From positions 1 through 46,536 of the forward strand of contig PWKZ01000228.1 in NCBI GenBank assembly GCA_003559575.1: 46,536 bases of DNA. Direction: 5' to 3'. This DNA is from Bradymonadales bacterium. GTDB taxonomy: Bacteria; Myxococcota_A; UBA9042; PWKZ01. This document shows, one piece after another, positions 1-9,163 of this stretch. Position numbers and translations under genes: made by a program. How positions within the stretch are numbered: position 1 is the first letter of the stretch; each line of letters starts with the position of its first letter. The notes under the pieces are model-generated. The model was given only the letters and a program-made list of their open reading frames with translations, ran no database searches and had not been told where the DNA came from.

Positions 1-164
1 ATCTGCGGCGTCACCTGCACCGAATTAGTGCTCGACGTAGCGCTGCTACGCCTCCGCCTAATTCGGCTTGTTTCCTTGCACATGCACGCGCCTCCACACG
101 CTCGCTCCTCAGAACGAACCGGCGATTATGGACACTCCTCAGAACGAACCGACGATTATGGACA
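1..164 (+). repeat. Partial copy of the ~180-bp TIR repeat element (cut by window start), with a tandem 30-bp duplication of its right end
   Basis: Near-identical to 6704-6835; ends in CCGACGATTATGG; unit ctcctcagaacgaaccgRcgattatggaca occurs at 105-134 and 135-164. Confidence 0.9.
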
Positions 165-962
165 CTAACCTGGTTCCTCGTCCAACCAGACACTCAGCGC
201 CGTCACGTTGTCATGACCGCCTCGATCGAGCGCCTTCGCGACCAGTGTCTCATTTGCCGTTTGCGGTGAAGCAGCCTTTCTGAGTATCGCGGCTAGCTCG
301 CCAGCTTCCAGCAAATCAGAGAGTCCGTCGGTGCATAACAAAATGCGATCTCCATGACGGCAATTGCGCCACATGGTGTCCACCGTCACCTCGGACTCGA
401 GCCCAAGCGCTCGAACTATCACATTTCTATATGGAAATCGCGGCACATCTTTCGGTTGCAACAGATCCAGCTTGACATACTCGTTGGCGAGCGAGTGGTC
501 TTCGGTGAGTTGGTGCAACTTATCACCACGCAAGAGGTAGAGGCGGCTATCGCCAACCCAACCGATGTACGCGCGCCACCCTACCAAATGCAACTCGACG
601 ACTGTCGTACCCATCCCAGCATAACGCGAGTCGCGCTCGGCGGATCGCCAAATGGCATAATTGGCATATTCGATGGCGCTCTTGAGCTCGTATTCACCAA
701 ACGGCCGTGTGCCCCTGGATTCCTGTCGCAACCGGCGATGACGATTCCATATCGTAGAGCGAAAATCGTCGTTGCCGTGCGCTTCGCGCAACGCTTCGAT
801 ACAAATCCGACTGGCGATTTCACCGTTGGCGTGGCCTCCCATCCCATCGGCCAACGCGAAGATGCCTTGGTCTTCAAGAATCAAAAAGTCGTCTTCGTTG
901 ATTTCGCGCTCTTTGCCGATGTCGCTCAGAGCGTGGGAGCGCACTTTGACGGGCGATCTCAT
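165..962 (-). CDS. PP2C/PPM-family Ser/Thr protein phosphatase (Stp1/PrpC-like)
   Basis: Motifs SDIGxxRxxNED, ADGMGGH, MGTT, VGDSRLY, LTEDHS, LLCTDGL, GGHDNVT. Confidence 0.95.
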   Translation of the reverse strand: MRSPVKVRSHALSDIGKEREINEDDFLILEDQGIFALADGMGGHANGEIASRICIEALREAHGNDDFRSTIWNRHRRLRQESRGTRPFGEYELKSAIEYANYAIWRSAERDSRYAGMGTTVVELHLVGWRAYIGWVGDSRLYLLRGDKLHQLTEDHSLANEYVKLDLLQPKDVPRFPYRNVIVRALGLESEVTVDTMWRNCRHGDRILLCTDGLSDLLEAGELAAILRKAASPQTANETLVAKALDRGGHDNVTALSVWLDEEPG

Positions 963-2743
963 GGCCGATCCGACCGGCTTTGCTCAAAAGCCCACGGCGC
1001 CCGCAACAACTGCTTTCGTTCCTTCGGTTTGGGAGAGCGCTGAAGTTCAAATTCATCAAACAAAGTCGCGGGCGCGACCGCGGAGACCGGGACCCAACCG
1101 GACTCCGCGCCACAGTAGCCGTTGAATACGCCAGGCTCCTTCCCCACAAAAGTGACACGGTTGAGACTCGAGAGCGGAGTACCCACCAATTCGACTCCTC
1201 GCACCAGCGTTTCTTCCCCCGTGACAGCGTCAACCCTGTAGACCATCCGCGGGACACCCTTGAAGGCCTGATACCCAAACGCCGAGGTGTTGGTCGAGCC
1301 TCCCAGAATTTCGCCAACCCGCAACCCAAACGGTTTCCCCTGGCGGCGAGCGGCCTCCATCAGGCGTTCCTTCAACTCCTCATCGGAGAGGCCTCCCTCG
1401 GCCATGACCTTGAGAGTCCCCATCCGAGCCAACGGCCGGCGGCCGGGAGCGCCTCGTCCGTGACCCGTGGAGTTATGAAACCCCTCAATCGGTTGGCGAG
1501 AGAGCAAGAAGCTCCGCAATATGCCGCCGTCGACCAATTCCACCCGCCGCGCCGGCACTCCCTCTTCATCATAGGTATAGTGGCCGTAGAGCGGAACGCC
1601 ATTGAGCTTTCCGAGGGTGGGATCGTCGACGACCGACAAAAACCCAGGAATGATACGTTCTCCGACTCTTTCCTTGAAAGTCTGTCCTTCGTCCTCGCTT
1701 CTTTGCCGTTGGGCCTCCAACCGATGACCGAGCGCCTCGTGAAAGAACACTCCCGCCGCAGCCGGCTCGAGAAGCGCCGGACCTGAATATGGATCGAGAA
1801 CCGGGGCATCGCGCAGTGCCACCAGATCGGCAATCATCCGACGAGCGCCGGCCTCTAGCTCCGCCAAGGTGGGCTCCTGGTGGCCGCCGCGCCAAAAACG
1901 GGAGTAAGTGTGATCGAGCAACATCCCATCGTCAGCGCGTGTGACCGCCTCGGCGGTGACCGAGTAATATCGAGCACTGGTTCTGAGGACACTGCCTTCG
2001 GTGTTGACGAACCGGCGTGTCACCAGACGCGCTTTGATCGTGACCCGTGAATCGAACAGGTAGGGCTCCTCTTTGAAGATGAGCGACAACTTGCGCCCTT
2101 TTTCACGCCATCGAGCGCGATCGAAATCGAGCGCCACCTCGGGCATCAAATCGAAAACCGGTCGTTCTCTTGAAAAACTCGGGACCTCGACTGTTTGATC
2201 GCTGTCAAAAACCCTCCGCCCTCGGACCCGGTTGTACGACATGAGCGCCTGTTTGTAGCGAAAATCGGACGCCAACCAGAGCGCATGACGCAGCGCCGCG
2301 GGAATCTCATCGAGTGGCGCGCGAAGAGAGGGACGGTAACGCTCGAGCACCTCGAAGTCCGCATCTTGATCTTCGCTATTGTCGAGGTTGAAGTCCCCCA
2401 CCCGAACATCAACGTCGTAGCGCGCGCTTCTGTTGGACGAGTCTTCAAACACGGCGCCAAGAGTCGCGACGATAGAGACCTCCTCGATGTCCCAATGCTG
2501 GAAAGAGATGAAGTAGGGCTCTTCGTAGTTCTCCATTCGCAGCCCATGAAAGCTGCGATCGAGCTCCTGACGCATTGCTTCGAGGCGCAAATCATCGGTT
2601 TGGGGGCCGACACCGGCACGGGCCGCGGCGCAAGAGAACAGCCCGCAAACAGTCAACACCCCTAGCGCCAGAACACACAAAAACCGAGAGCCATTGCCAT
2701 GAGAGCGTGTCGCTGGTGGTATTCCAAATAATCTCAAATACAT
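959..2743 (-). CDS. TldD/PmbA-family metalloprotease, probably exported (ORF open to 2794; start uncertain)
   Basis: FFHEALGHRLE zinc motif, VVDDPT, YDEEGV, GHGRG, CGAESGWVPVS; hydrophobic N-terminal segment with LFSC. Confidence 0.9.
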   Translation of the reverse strand: MYLRLFGIPPATRSHGNGSRFLCVLALGVLTVCGLFSCAAARAGVGPQTDDLRLEAMRQELDRSFHGLRMENYEEPYFISFQHWDIEEVSIVATLGAVFEDSSNRSARYDVDVRVGDFNLDNSEDQDADFEVLERYRPSLRAPLDEIPAALRHALWLASDFRYKQALMSYNRVRGRRVFDSDQTVEVPSFSRERPVFDLMPEVALDFDRARWREKGRKLSLIFKEEPYLFDSRVTIKARLVTRRFVNTEGSVLRTSARYYSVTAEAVTRADDGMLLDHTYSRFWRGGHQEPTLAELEAGARRMIADLVALRDAPVLDPYSGPALLEPAAAGVFFHEALGHRLEAQRQRSEDEGQTFKERVGERIIPGFLSVVDDPTLGKLNGVPLYGHYTYDEEGVPARRVELVDGGILRSFLLSRQPIEGFHNSTGHGRGAPGRRPLARMGTLKVMAEGGLSDEELKERLMEAARRQGKPFGLRVGEILGGSTNTSAFGYQAFKGVPRMVYRVDAVTGEETLVRGVELVGTPLSSLNRVTFVGKEPGVFNGYCGAESGWVPVSAVAPATLFDEFELQRSPKPKERKQLLRAPWAFEQSRSDRP

Positions 2744-2869
2744 AGCCGTCTTCACCGGTGCAAAAAAGCCGCCCTCAAGGGCTCCGAGGAACATCCCCCA
2801 AAAACCAGGGGGACATCACCAACTTTCAAAGTACAACGCAGCCGCTCCTTCGTCAAAGACAACGAGTTT

Positions 2870-3055
2870 CCTCAATCATCCACCGCGTCCGTGGACCGAG
2901 GGGAGTGAGACGGGTGCAAGTAAACAAGCCAAATCTTCACCGATTCGGTGCAGGTGACGCCGCAGTTGGGCCTGAATCCGTGCGCGAATGCCGGTGCAGG
3001 GGGGGATTAGGGCTCCGCTCATTCGACGCGCTCGGTGCGTGAGTTTGAAACGGGA
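2870..3055. repeat. Mosaic, degenerate repeat copy: hairpin module + internally deleted core + inverted degenerate segment
   Basis: 2870-2909 matches CCTCAATCCTCCACCGCGTCCGTGGACCGAGGGGAGTGAGG; 2943-2989 matches the core (attcggtgcaggtgacgccgcag...gaatccg); 3023-3053 is similar to the reverse complement of 12391-12420. Confidence 0.75.
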
Positions 3056-3059
3056 TCTC

Positions 3060-3285
3060 AGGGGTGGGGAAAAGCTGTTATCGCGGCTGGGGAGAGCCTG
3101 GGTAAAAACTGGCCGGAGAGGCTTTTCGCCGTTTACCTCCCCAATCGCCACCCAGTCAGAGCAACAACTTGATCACGCCTTTCCAAGCAGCCAAGATTTC
3201 GTTTCAACGGTCCTTTTCAGATCCTTCCACAGTTTCCCCAGGCCCTACGAGAACGACGAGAAAAAAAATAGATCTCTTTTTTTAG
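3060..3285 (+). other. oriC: Putative chromosomal replication origin (oriC) with a basal-unwinding-system-like layout
   Basis: Non-coding and upstream of dnaN. Degenerate DnaA boxes on the - strand (3065-3073, 3088-3096, 3099-3107); tandem boxes CCTTCCACA/GTTTCCCCA at 3223-3240; GGCCC at 3241-3245; NAN trinucleotides TAC GAG AAC GAC GAG AAA from 3246; then an AT-rich tract. Flanking genes diverge from it. Confidence 0.7.
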
Positions 3286-3341
3286 TGATAGTGCTTGAAG
3301 AATGTTGGGGGCGGATACAAGAATCGGGGGCCTCTCTCCTA

Positions 3342-3451
3342 AATTAGGCGCAGTCCAACGCAGCGCCTACGTCGAGCACTAATTCGGTGCAGGTGACGCC
3401 GCAGATGGGCGTGAATCCGCGCGCGAATACCAGGATGGACCGACGCGGTGG
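3342..3451 (-). repeat. Partial copy of the TIR repeat element, in tandem with 3455-3632
   Basis: 3361-3445 is nearly identical to 3541-3625 (period 180 bp). Confidence 0.9.
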
Positions 3452-3454
3452 AGA

Positions 3455-3632
3455 CCATAATCGTCGGTTCGTTCTGAAGACCGAGCGTGTGGAGTCGCGT
3501 GCATGTGCAAGGAAACAAAGCGAATTAGGCGGAGGCGTAGCAGCGCTTAAGTCGAGCACTAATTCGGTGCAGTTGACGCCGCAGATGTGCGTGAATCCGC
3601 GCGCGAATACCAGGATGGACCGACGATTATGG
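3455..3632 (-). mobile_element. Full ~178-bp MITE/REP-like element with terminal inverted repeats
   Basis: CCATAATCGTCGG ... CCGACGATTATGG perfect TIR; near-identical to 45376-45555 and the reverse complement of 6657-6835. Mobility is inferred. Confidence 0.75.
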
Positions 3633-3713
3633 TTTGCATTTGACCGGCGCCCCTGCTAAAAAACGACTGTTCTTGAAGGCGATCTTTCGAGCCCCTCACC
3701 AGGAAGCACGACG

Positions 3714-4841
3714 ATGAAAATAAAGATTGAACAGCGCGTTCTACTCCAAGCTCTATGGCGGGCCCAGGGTATCATCGACAAGAAGAGCTCGCTCAATGTT
3801 TTGGCCCACCTTTTGATCGAGACCGTTGGAAATGACGCCATCCGAATCTCTTGCACGGATTACGACGTCGGGCTGATTGCAACCTATCAGGCCGAAATCC
3901 TCGAGCCCGGTAAGATGACGCTGAATGGCAAGCACAGCTTTGATGTCATCAAGAGCTTGCCGAATGAGCAAGTGACGTTGGAGCTTCAGGACAACCATTG
4001 GAGCAAGGTGGAGTGTGCTCGATCATCGTTCAAGTTGGCCGGGATTCCGGCCGATGATTTTCCAGAACAGCAGGAACCTGATGTGACCGATGGCTTCGAG
4101 GTGGATAAATCCACTCTGTTGAGGCTCATCGATCGGACTATCTTCAGTGTCTCCAGCGATGAGAGCAGGATGACGTTGAACGGGGTTTATTTTCGCGCCG
4201 AACAAAGCGAAGAGCCCGGTTCGATGCGGCTCACGATGGTCAGCACCGACGGCCACCGTCTCTCGAAGGTGACTACTGACGTAATGACCCCCACGACACT
4301 CGCGGAGCCTGTCGACGCAATCGTGCATCGCAAGGGAATACACGAGCTCAAGCGTATTCTCGAGAGCGATGAGGTCGGTGTTCATGTCTCAACTCAAGGC
4401 AACAACATCATTTTTAGCTATGGCAACGCGGTGATGTTGATACGGCAGATCGAGGACTCGTTCCCCGAGTATGAGAAGGTCATCCCTAAAAACTCAAAGA
4501 TATCGGTGGAAATAGACAAACTCGAGTTTCTCGAAAATGTTCGCCGAACAGCGACTTTGACTTCTTCGAAGCTGTTGGTCGTCCGTTTTGCGCTCGAGCG
4601 AGACAAGGTCGTCTTGAGCACGAATAATCCCGAGCAGGGAGAAGCTCACGTCGAGATGGATGTGGACTACGATGGGGATTCGGTCGCGGTAGGCTTCAAC
4701 CACCGCTATCTCCAAGATGTTCTCCAGGTTATCAGTGGTCCGCAGGTCACGTGCAAAATCAACGACGAGTTCTCTCCGGGAGTCATCGAATCCGAAGAGG
4801 ATCCCGGCGCCACTTTCGTCATCATGCCGATGAGACTTTAG
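3714..4841 (+). CDS. dnaN: DNA polymerase III beta sliding clamp
   Basis: 375 aa; R-x-x-LNGVYF, VSTDGHRL, FPEYEKVIP, GFNHRYL, C-terminal VIMPMRL. Confidence 0.97.
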   Translation: MKIKIEQRVLLQALWRAQGIIDKKSSLNVLAHLLIETVGNDAIRISCTDYDVGLIATYQAEILEPGKMTLNGKHSFDVIKSLPNEQVTLELQDNHWSKVECARSSFKLAGIPADDFPEQQEPDVTDGFEVDKSTLLRLIDRTIFSVSSDESRMTLNGVYFRAEQSEEPGSMRLTMVSTDGHRLSKVTTDVMTPTTLAEPVDAIVHRKGIHELKRILESDEVGVHVSTQGNNIIFSYGNAVMLIRQIEDSFPEYEKVIPKNSKISVEIDKLEFLENVRRTATLTSSKLLVVRFALERDKVVLSTNNPEQGEAHVEMDVDYDGDSVAVGFNHRYLQDVLQVISGPQVTCKINDEFSPGVIESEEDPGATFVIMPMRL

Positions 4842-4935
4842 TTTCGCGGGACATCAAGAGAAAGCTTTTCTCGCGAGGGCTTCTCCCTGGAGCCTTTTAG
4901 CTCGCCCGCGGAGCTTGTTGGTAGCACGGCCGGCC

Positions 4936-6108
4936 ATGCGCATCATTCGTTTGCAGCTGAGCAGTTTTCGCAATCTCGGTGAGCTCCTCTGGGAGCCCGA
5001 CGGGCAATTCAATATCATCTCCGGCGACAATGCGCAGGGCAAGACCAACTTGATTGAGTCGGTCTATCTGTTGGCGACCCTCAAGAGCTTTCGAACACAG
5101 CGCAATCGTGAACTCGTTGCCTGGGGAGAGAGTCAGGCCACTGCGGCGACCATTGTCGAGCGGCGGGAAGTGGTCCGGCGCTATTCGATTCAAATCGACA
5201 AGGAGTCCGGTGGGAGGAGAGTGGCGGAGGTCGACGGTAAGCGGATCAAACGGCTGACGGAGTATTTTGGCGGCTTCAACGTGTTGCTGTTTACTCCAGA
5301 TGAGCTGGTCGTCAGCAAGGGCGAGCCGAGTAAGCGTCGCCGCTATCTCGACCGGGCAGTGTTCAACCAGTCGCCCGGCTATTTGGAGACCTTGCGCGCG
5401 TACGAGGAAGCGCTGCTGAATCGCAACGCGCTGCTTCGCGAGCTGCAACAGAGAGGCAGCGCGAACGCCTCTGTTCGCGCCATGTTGGAGGCATTTGACG
5501 AACCTGTGGCAAGGTTGGCGAGCAGGGTGATCGTCCGAAGACTGCACTATCTGGCTGATATAGCCGCTGATTTTCAGGAAGCCCACGCCGCGATCACAGA
5601 CAGTGGACAGAGCGTCGAGCTTCGCTATCGTTGCTCGCTGCTCCGTAAGGAGATTGTGGTGGGCGAAGAGACCTTCGAGACCAACGAAGACGCGGTGATG
5701 GAATGTGCGCGAGAGAGGCTGGAAGAGTCGTTGGAAATGGATATGGCACGGGGCTTCTCCGGGGTTGGGCCTCACACCGACGATCTCCTCTCGTTGATGG
5801 ACGGCCGAGGTCTGAGACGCTATGGCTCCCAGGGGCAACATCGCACCTTGCTGTTGGCGCTCAAGTTGGCGGAGATGGTTCATCTCGAACGCAAACTCGA
5901 CTTCGTCCCGATCTTGCTACTGGACGATGTATCGAGTGAACTCGATCAAGGTCGTGGGCGACGTTTTTTGGAAAGGGTGGAGCAAGCCGGTGGGCAGGTC
6001 TTCGTGACCACTACCGATCCGGCATTGGTCAAACCGGATGGGAGATATGCACGGTGGGAGATTGAAAACGGCTCCGTGCGACGGCTGAAGTCGGGAGGGA
6101 AGAGTTGA
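4936..6108 (+). CDS. recF: DNA replication/repair protein RecF
   Basis: FRN, Walker A GDNAQGKTN, RRRYLD, GPHTDDL, SQGQ, LLLDDVSSELD; follows dnaN. Confidence 0.96.
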   Translation: MRIIRLQLSSFRNLGELLWEPDGQFNIISGDNAQGKTNLIESVYLLATLKSFRTQRNRELVAWGESQATAATIVERREVVRRYSIQIDKESGGRRVAEVDGKRIKRLTEYFGGFNVLLFTPDELVVSKGEPSKRRRYLDRAVFNQSPGYLETLRAYEEALLNRNALLRELQQRGSANASVRAMLEAFDEPVARLASRVIVRRLHYLADIAADFQEAHAAITDSGQSVELRYRCSLLRKEIVVGEETFETNEDAVMECARERLEESLEMDMARGFSGVGPHTDDLLSLMDGRGLRRYGSQGQHRTLLLALKLAEMVHLERKLDFVPILLLDDVSSELDQGRGRRFLERVEQAGGQVFVTTTDPALVKPDGRYARWEIENGSVRRLKSGGKS

Positions 6109-6662
6109 GCCTCGATCCAAACAGCGCCATCGAGTATGGCCGGATACCGCTGAAGTATTTTTTGGCGTTGTGGCATGAGGCCGAGGGGAGGCGGTTCCGC
6201 TATCGCCCCATTCGCGTCTGGACGACAGTGATTCTGCTCATGCTCTCGAGCCTCTGGGGCTACTATATTCACACTTTGGGTTTTGGCGCCGGGTTATCAG
6301 TCGGGACCTTTGTGGTTGGCTTGGTGCTGCTTTTCCTGACTCTCCTGGCGACACTGCTCCTGCTGCGCTGGCGACTGTTCGTGAGGCAAAGCGCGGTGCT
6401 CGTGACCGACAAGGCGTTGATTTGGCGCAGCGGCCAGCGATGTTTTCTGGCCCCATGGCGGCTCATCGATCCCAACGGCTTGGGTCTGGCGGAGTTGGGG
6501 TTGGGGGGAGGCTATGAGAGCAAGCTGGTTATCAAAATCGGCGATACGGCCGAGCCCTTGTTTTTGATTCGTGCCTTTACCAAACTCGATGACCAAGAAG
6601 GGTTCTTGGGTGAGCTGCTCTTACGGATCCCACGTGAAAGTTGGGCAACTCCACCACCATAA
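6105..6662 (+). CDS. Hypothetical two-TM membrane protein
   Basis: Overlaps the recF stop (TTGA); two hydrophobic segments; the TAA stop lies inside the downstream repeat's TIR. Confidence 0.7.
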   Translation: MSLDPNSAIEYGRIPLKYFLALWHEAEGRRFRYRPIRVWTTVILLMLSSLWGYYIHTLGFGAGLSVGTFVVGLVLLFLTLLATLLLLRWRLFVRQSAVLVTDKALIWRSGQRCFLAPWRLIDPNGLGLAELGLGGGYESKLVIKIGDTAEPLFLIRAFTKLDDQEGFLGELLLRIPRESWATPPP

Positions 6663-6835
6663 TCGTCGGCCCATCCTGGGATTCGCGCGCGGATTCACGC
6701 ACATCTGCGGCGTCACCTGCACCGAATTAGTGCTCGACGTAGGCTCTGCTACGCCTCCGCCTAAGAACGGCTTGGTTCCTTGCACATGCACGCGCCTCCA
6801 CACGCTCGCTCCTCAGAACGAACCGACGACTATGG
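6657..6835 (+). mobile_element. Full ~179-bp MITE/REP-like element between convergent genes
   Basis: CCATAATCGTCGG ... CCGACGACTATGG (1 mismatch). Confidence 0.75.
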
Positions 6836-6873
6836 CACCGCTGATTGCTTGCGCGCGAGATCCCTGGTTGGGG

Positions 6874-7521
6874 TCAGCGGCAAGGCAACAAGTCGGTCAA
6901 GGCATCGATAAATGGGAATGGATCGGGACCAAAGCGCGCCAGAAAAGAGTCGCGCGGCACTGTCCCCAAGCGCGCTATGAACGCGACCTGCCCTTCCTCC
7001 GCTAGCTCGGCGTCTCTGACCGAGTCGCCCACGAACAACAACCTCTCACGAGTGGTGCCAAAACGCCGGCGCGCCAAGTCGAAATGAGGTTCCCCCTTGG
7101 CTTGTCCCTCTCCAAACCCCAACACCAGGTCGAACTCGACGTCGGAGGTTGCAAGGAAACGGGTCACGACGTCCGTGAAGTTATTGGACGAAATAACAAC
7201 TTTGAGCCCCCCGGCGCGTAGGGCCTCAATGGCTTGTGGGACATCGGGCAGGAAGTCCAGACCGGAATAATAAGCCAGTTTGCGGGTCTCGAACTCTTCC
7301 ACCAGGCGATCATTGCTGGGGCATTGCGGAAAGAGGATCGCGAGCTGCGCGAAGAACGGCACTCCACTGGTGCGAAGATAGGCCTGACGACCTTCCTCGA
7401 GTGTCAGCTCGTGCTCATTGGAGATGAGAGAGCCCGCCAGGTCGGCAAATCGGCCCATTGTGTCAACGAGGGTGCCGTCGAAATCGAACAGCACCACCTC
7501 ATAAAGGTTGAGATCGATCAT
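6874..7521 (-). CDS. HAD-superfamily hydrolase (phosphoglycolate-phosphatase-like)
   Basis: FDFDGTLVDT, ISSN, K-x-x-P, FVGDSVRD. Confidence 0.9.
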   Translation of the reverse strand: MIDLNLYEVVLFDFDGTLVDTMGRFADLAGSLISNEHELTLEEGRQAYLRTSGVPFFAQLAILFPQCPSNDRLVEEFETRKLAYYSGLDFLPDVPQAIEALRAGGLKVVISSNNFTDVVTRFLATSDVEFDLVLGFGEGQAKGEPHFDLARRRFGTTRERLLFVGDSVRDAELAEEGQVAFIARLGTVPRDSFLARFGPDPFPFIDALTDLLPCR

Positions 7522-7552
7522 GTCCTTAGCTCCGCGGCCGGCAAGAATGACT

Positions 7553-9163
7553 TCACCGCAGAAGCGTGTGTTGCCGGCGGCTAAAGGTCGCCTTCTCGGT
7601 CATCCCCAGTGCATCGTAAGCTTCGGCCAGCAAAAGGTGTAGCCGTTCGTCGAAGGGGTTGATGCCGATGGCGGTTTCAAGCGCTTCGAGCGCTTCGCCG
7701 GGTTGGCCGAGCCGCAACAACGCTTCGCCTTGCAAGAGGTGCAAGAGAACATATCCGGGGTGGGCTTCGCGCACTCGCGCCACCACCGGCAAGACCTCGT
7801 CGAATCGTTCGAGTGCCACTAGCGCGGAGGCTGTTTTGGCTTGCAACACGGGACTCGCGGGATCGATCTCGCGGTCGGCCTTTTGATACTGTTTGAGTGC
7901 CGCTTGGTAGCGGCCTCGGACGCGCAGGAGATCTCCGAGGTAGGTCAGATCACGTGCTCTCTGCTGGGCAATGTCGGCTAGCTCGTCGAGGCCGGTGTCA
8001 CGGCCGCGAAACAGTTTCTTGATCTTTCGTCCGTGCACCTCCGTCGGGGCCGGGCGCCTGAGAAGCCATCGGCGCCAGGCGCGGGTCAGCTGCCTGAAAT
8101 CCATGCCGTAGACTTCCCTGAGTGCTTGATCCTGCTCGCCCCGGGTCTTTAGTTCACGCAGCAAAGTGCGGATCCCTGCGATACCTTCATTGTGTTTCAT
8201 CCACTCCACCAACGAGAAAACCTGGGCGAAGGCCAGCGCGGTGTCCTCTTGGCTCGGCAACAAGCCGAATGAGGGGTACATCTTGTCGAATCCGATTAGC
8301 CGCCGACGTCTCACGGCCTCGGCCAGCATGAGTTCGGAGGCCGGCGGCAGACGGGGGGTGGCGCCTGGGCGCCACCCCTTCTCCAGGTATTTGGCGAGCC
8401 CTTCGTGGAGCCATAGCGGGACCCGGTTGAAGGTGCTCTTGGTGAGCACGAAGTGGACGTACTCGTGCGCGAGCGCGTTTTGCCATTCGTAGCCGTAGAC
8501 CAGATCGCGTGGCGACACCAACATGATGCGGTTGTACTTGCACATCGCGATGGTCCCGGAGTTCTCAATCGCCTCGCGCGAGAGAGGGGTCATGCGAGCC
8601 AGCTCCTCGGCGCGCGGGAGAATATCGACCTGGACCGGCTCGGACGGTTGGTAGCCAAGCACGTTGCTCAAGTGTTGATGGGCACCCTCAAGGGCCTCTT
8701 CGGCGTGGGGCAGCAGGATCTCGTCCGGGCCGGGGGAATAGTGCAACATAAAGTTGCCGCTTGTGGTCGCGTGGGAGTCGAAGTGACGAGTGACGGCCAC
8801 GGAGCCCTGGACGATTTCGCAATAGCGCGCCCAGGTGTTGGCGCCCGGTGTCTCGTCGACGGAAGGATCTGGGAGGCAGATCTCTTTGCTCGCTTCAAGC
8901 GCGCCTTGGTAGTCGCGCCGCATATGCCGCAACCGCATCTTCACGGCCCGCAGCGTGTCGGCCTCGGGATCCGGCCGAGGGCGCTCGGCCAACGCCGCCT
9001 CGACCTCGGTCAGCCGCCACTGCGACAACAACCGGTGGAGTCTTTCGGCCACGTCCGTCTCACCGGCGGTGGCGGCAAGCGGCAACATCCACAGTGACAG
9101 CGTCACCGATACGATCCGCACAACCCTGTGAGCGGGGGCCTGTCTAACGGACGATTGCCTCAT
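7553..9163 (-). CDS. Exported peptidase MA-like zinc metallohydrolase with C-terminal TPRs
   Basis: Signal-like N terminus; LAHEYVH...PLWLHEGLA; TPR-like helices (ALEALETAIGINP...LAEAYDALG). Confidence 0.85.
   Translation of the reverse strand: MRQSSVRQAPAHRVVRIVSVTLSLWMLPLAATAGETDVAERLHRLLSQWRLTEVEAALAERPRPDPEADTLRAVKMRLRHMRRDYQGALEASKEICLPDPSVDETPGANTWARYCEIVQGSVAVTRHFDSHATTSGNFMLHYSPGPDEILLPHAEEALEGAHQHLSNVLGYQPSEPVQVDILPRAEELARMTPLSREAIENSGTIAMCKYNRIMLVSPRDLVYGYEWQNALAHEYVHFVLTKSTFNRVPLWLHEGLAKYLEKGWRPGATPRLPPASELMLAEAVRRRRLIGFDKMYPSFGLLPSQEDTALAFAQVFSLVEWMKHNEGIAGIRTLLRELKTRGEQDQALREVYGMDFRQLTRAWRRWLLRRPAPTEVHGRKIKKLFRGRDTGLDELADIAQQRARDLTYLGDLLRVRGRYQAALKQYQKADREIDPASPVLQAKTASALVALERFDEVLPVVARVREAHPGYVLLHLLQGEALLRLGQPGEALEALETAIGINPFDERLHLLLAEAYDALGMTEKATFSRRQHTLLR

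Noticed and set aside
3342-3632. Tandem repeats as a possible CRISPR array
   Set aside because: Units are ~180 bp with no unique spacers and no cas genes; they are copies of the dispersed element
6626-6641. parS-like site GATCCCACGTGAAAGT near the putative origin
   Set aside because: Only the core matches, the outer palindrome arms are broken, and it is a single copy inside a CDS
6571-7005. Recurrent small ORFs (HNRRPILGFARG..., HNRRFVL...) as a peptide family or in-frame coding insert
   Set aside because: They are translations of the repeat; frames and stops differ between copies and there is no consistent start or RBS
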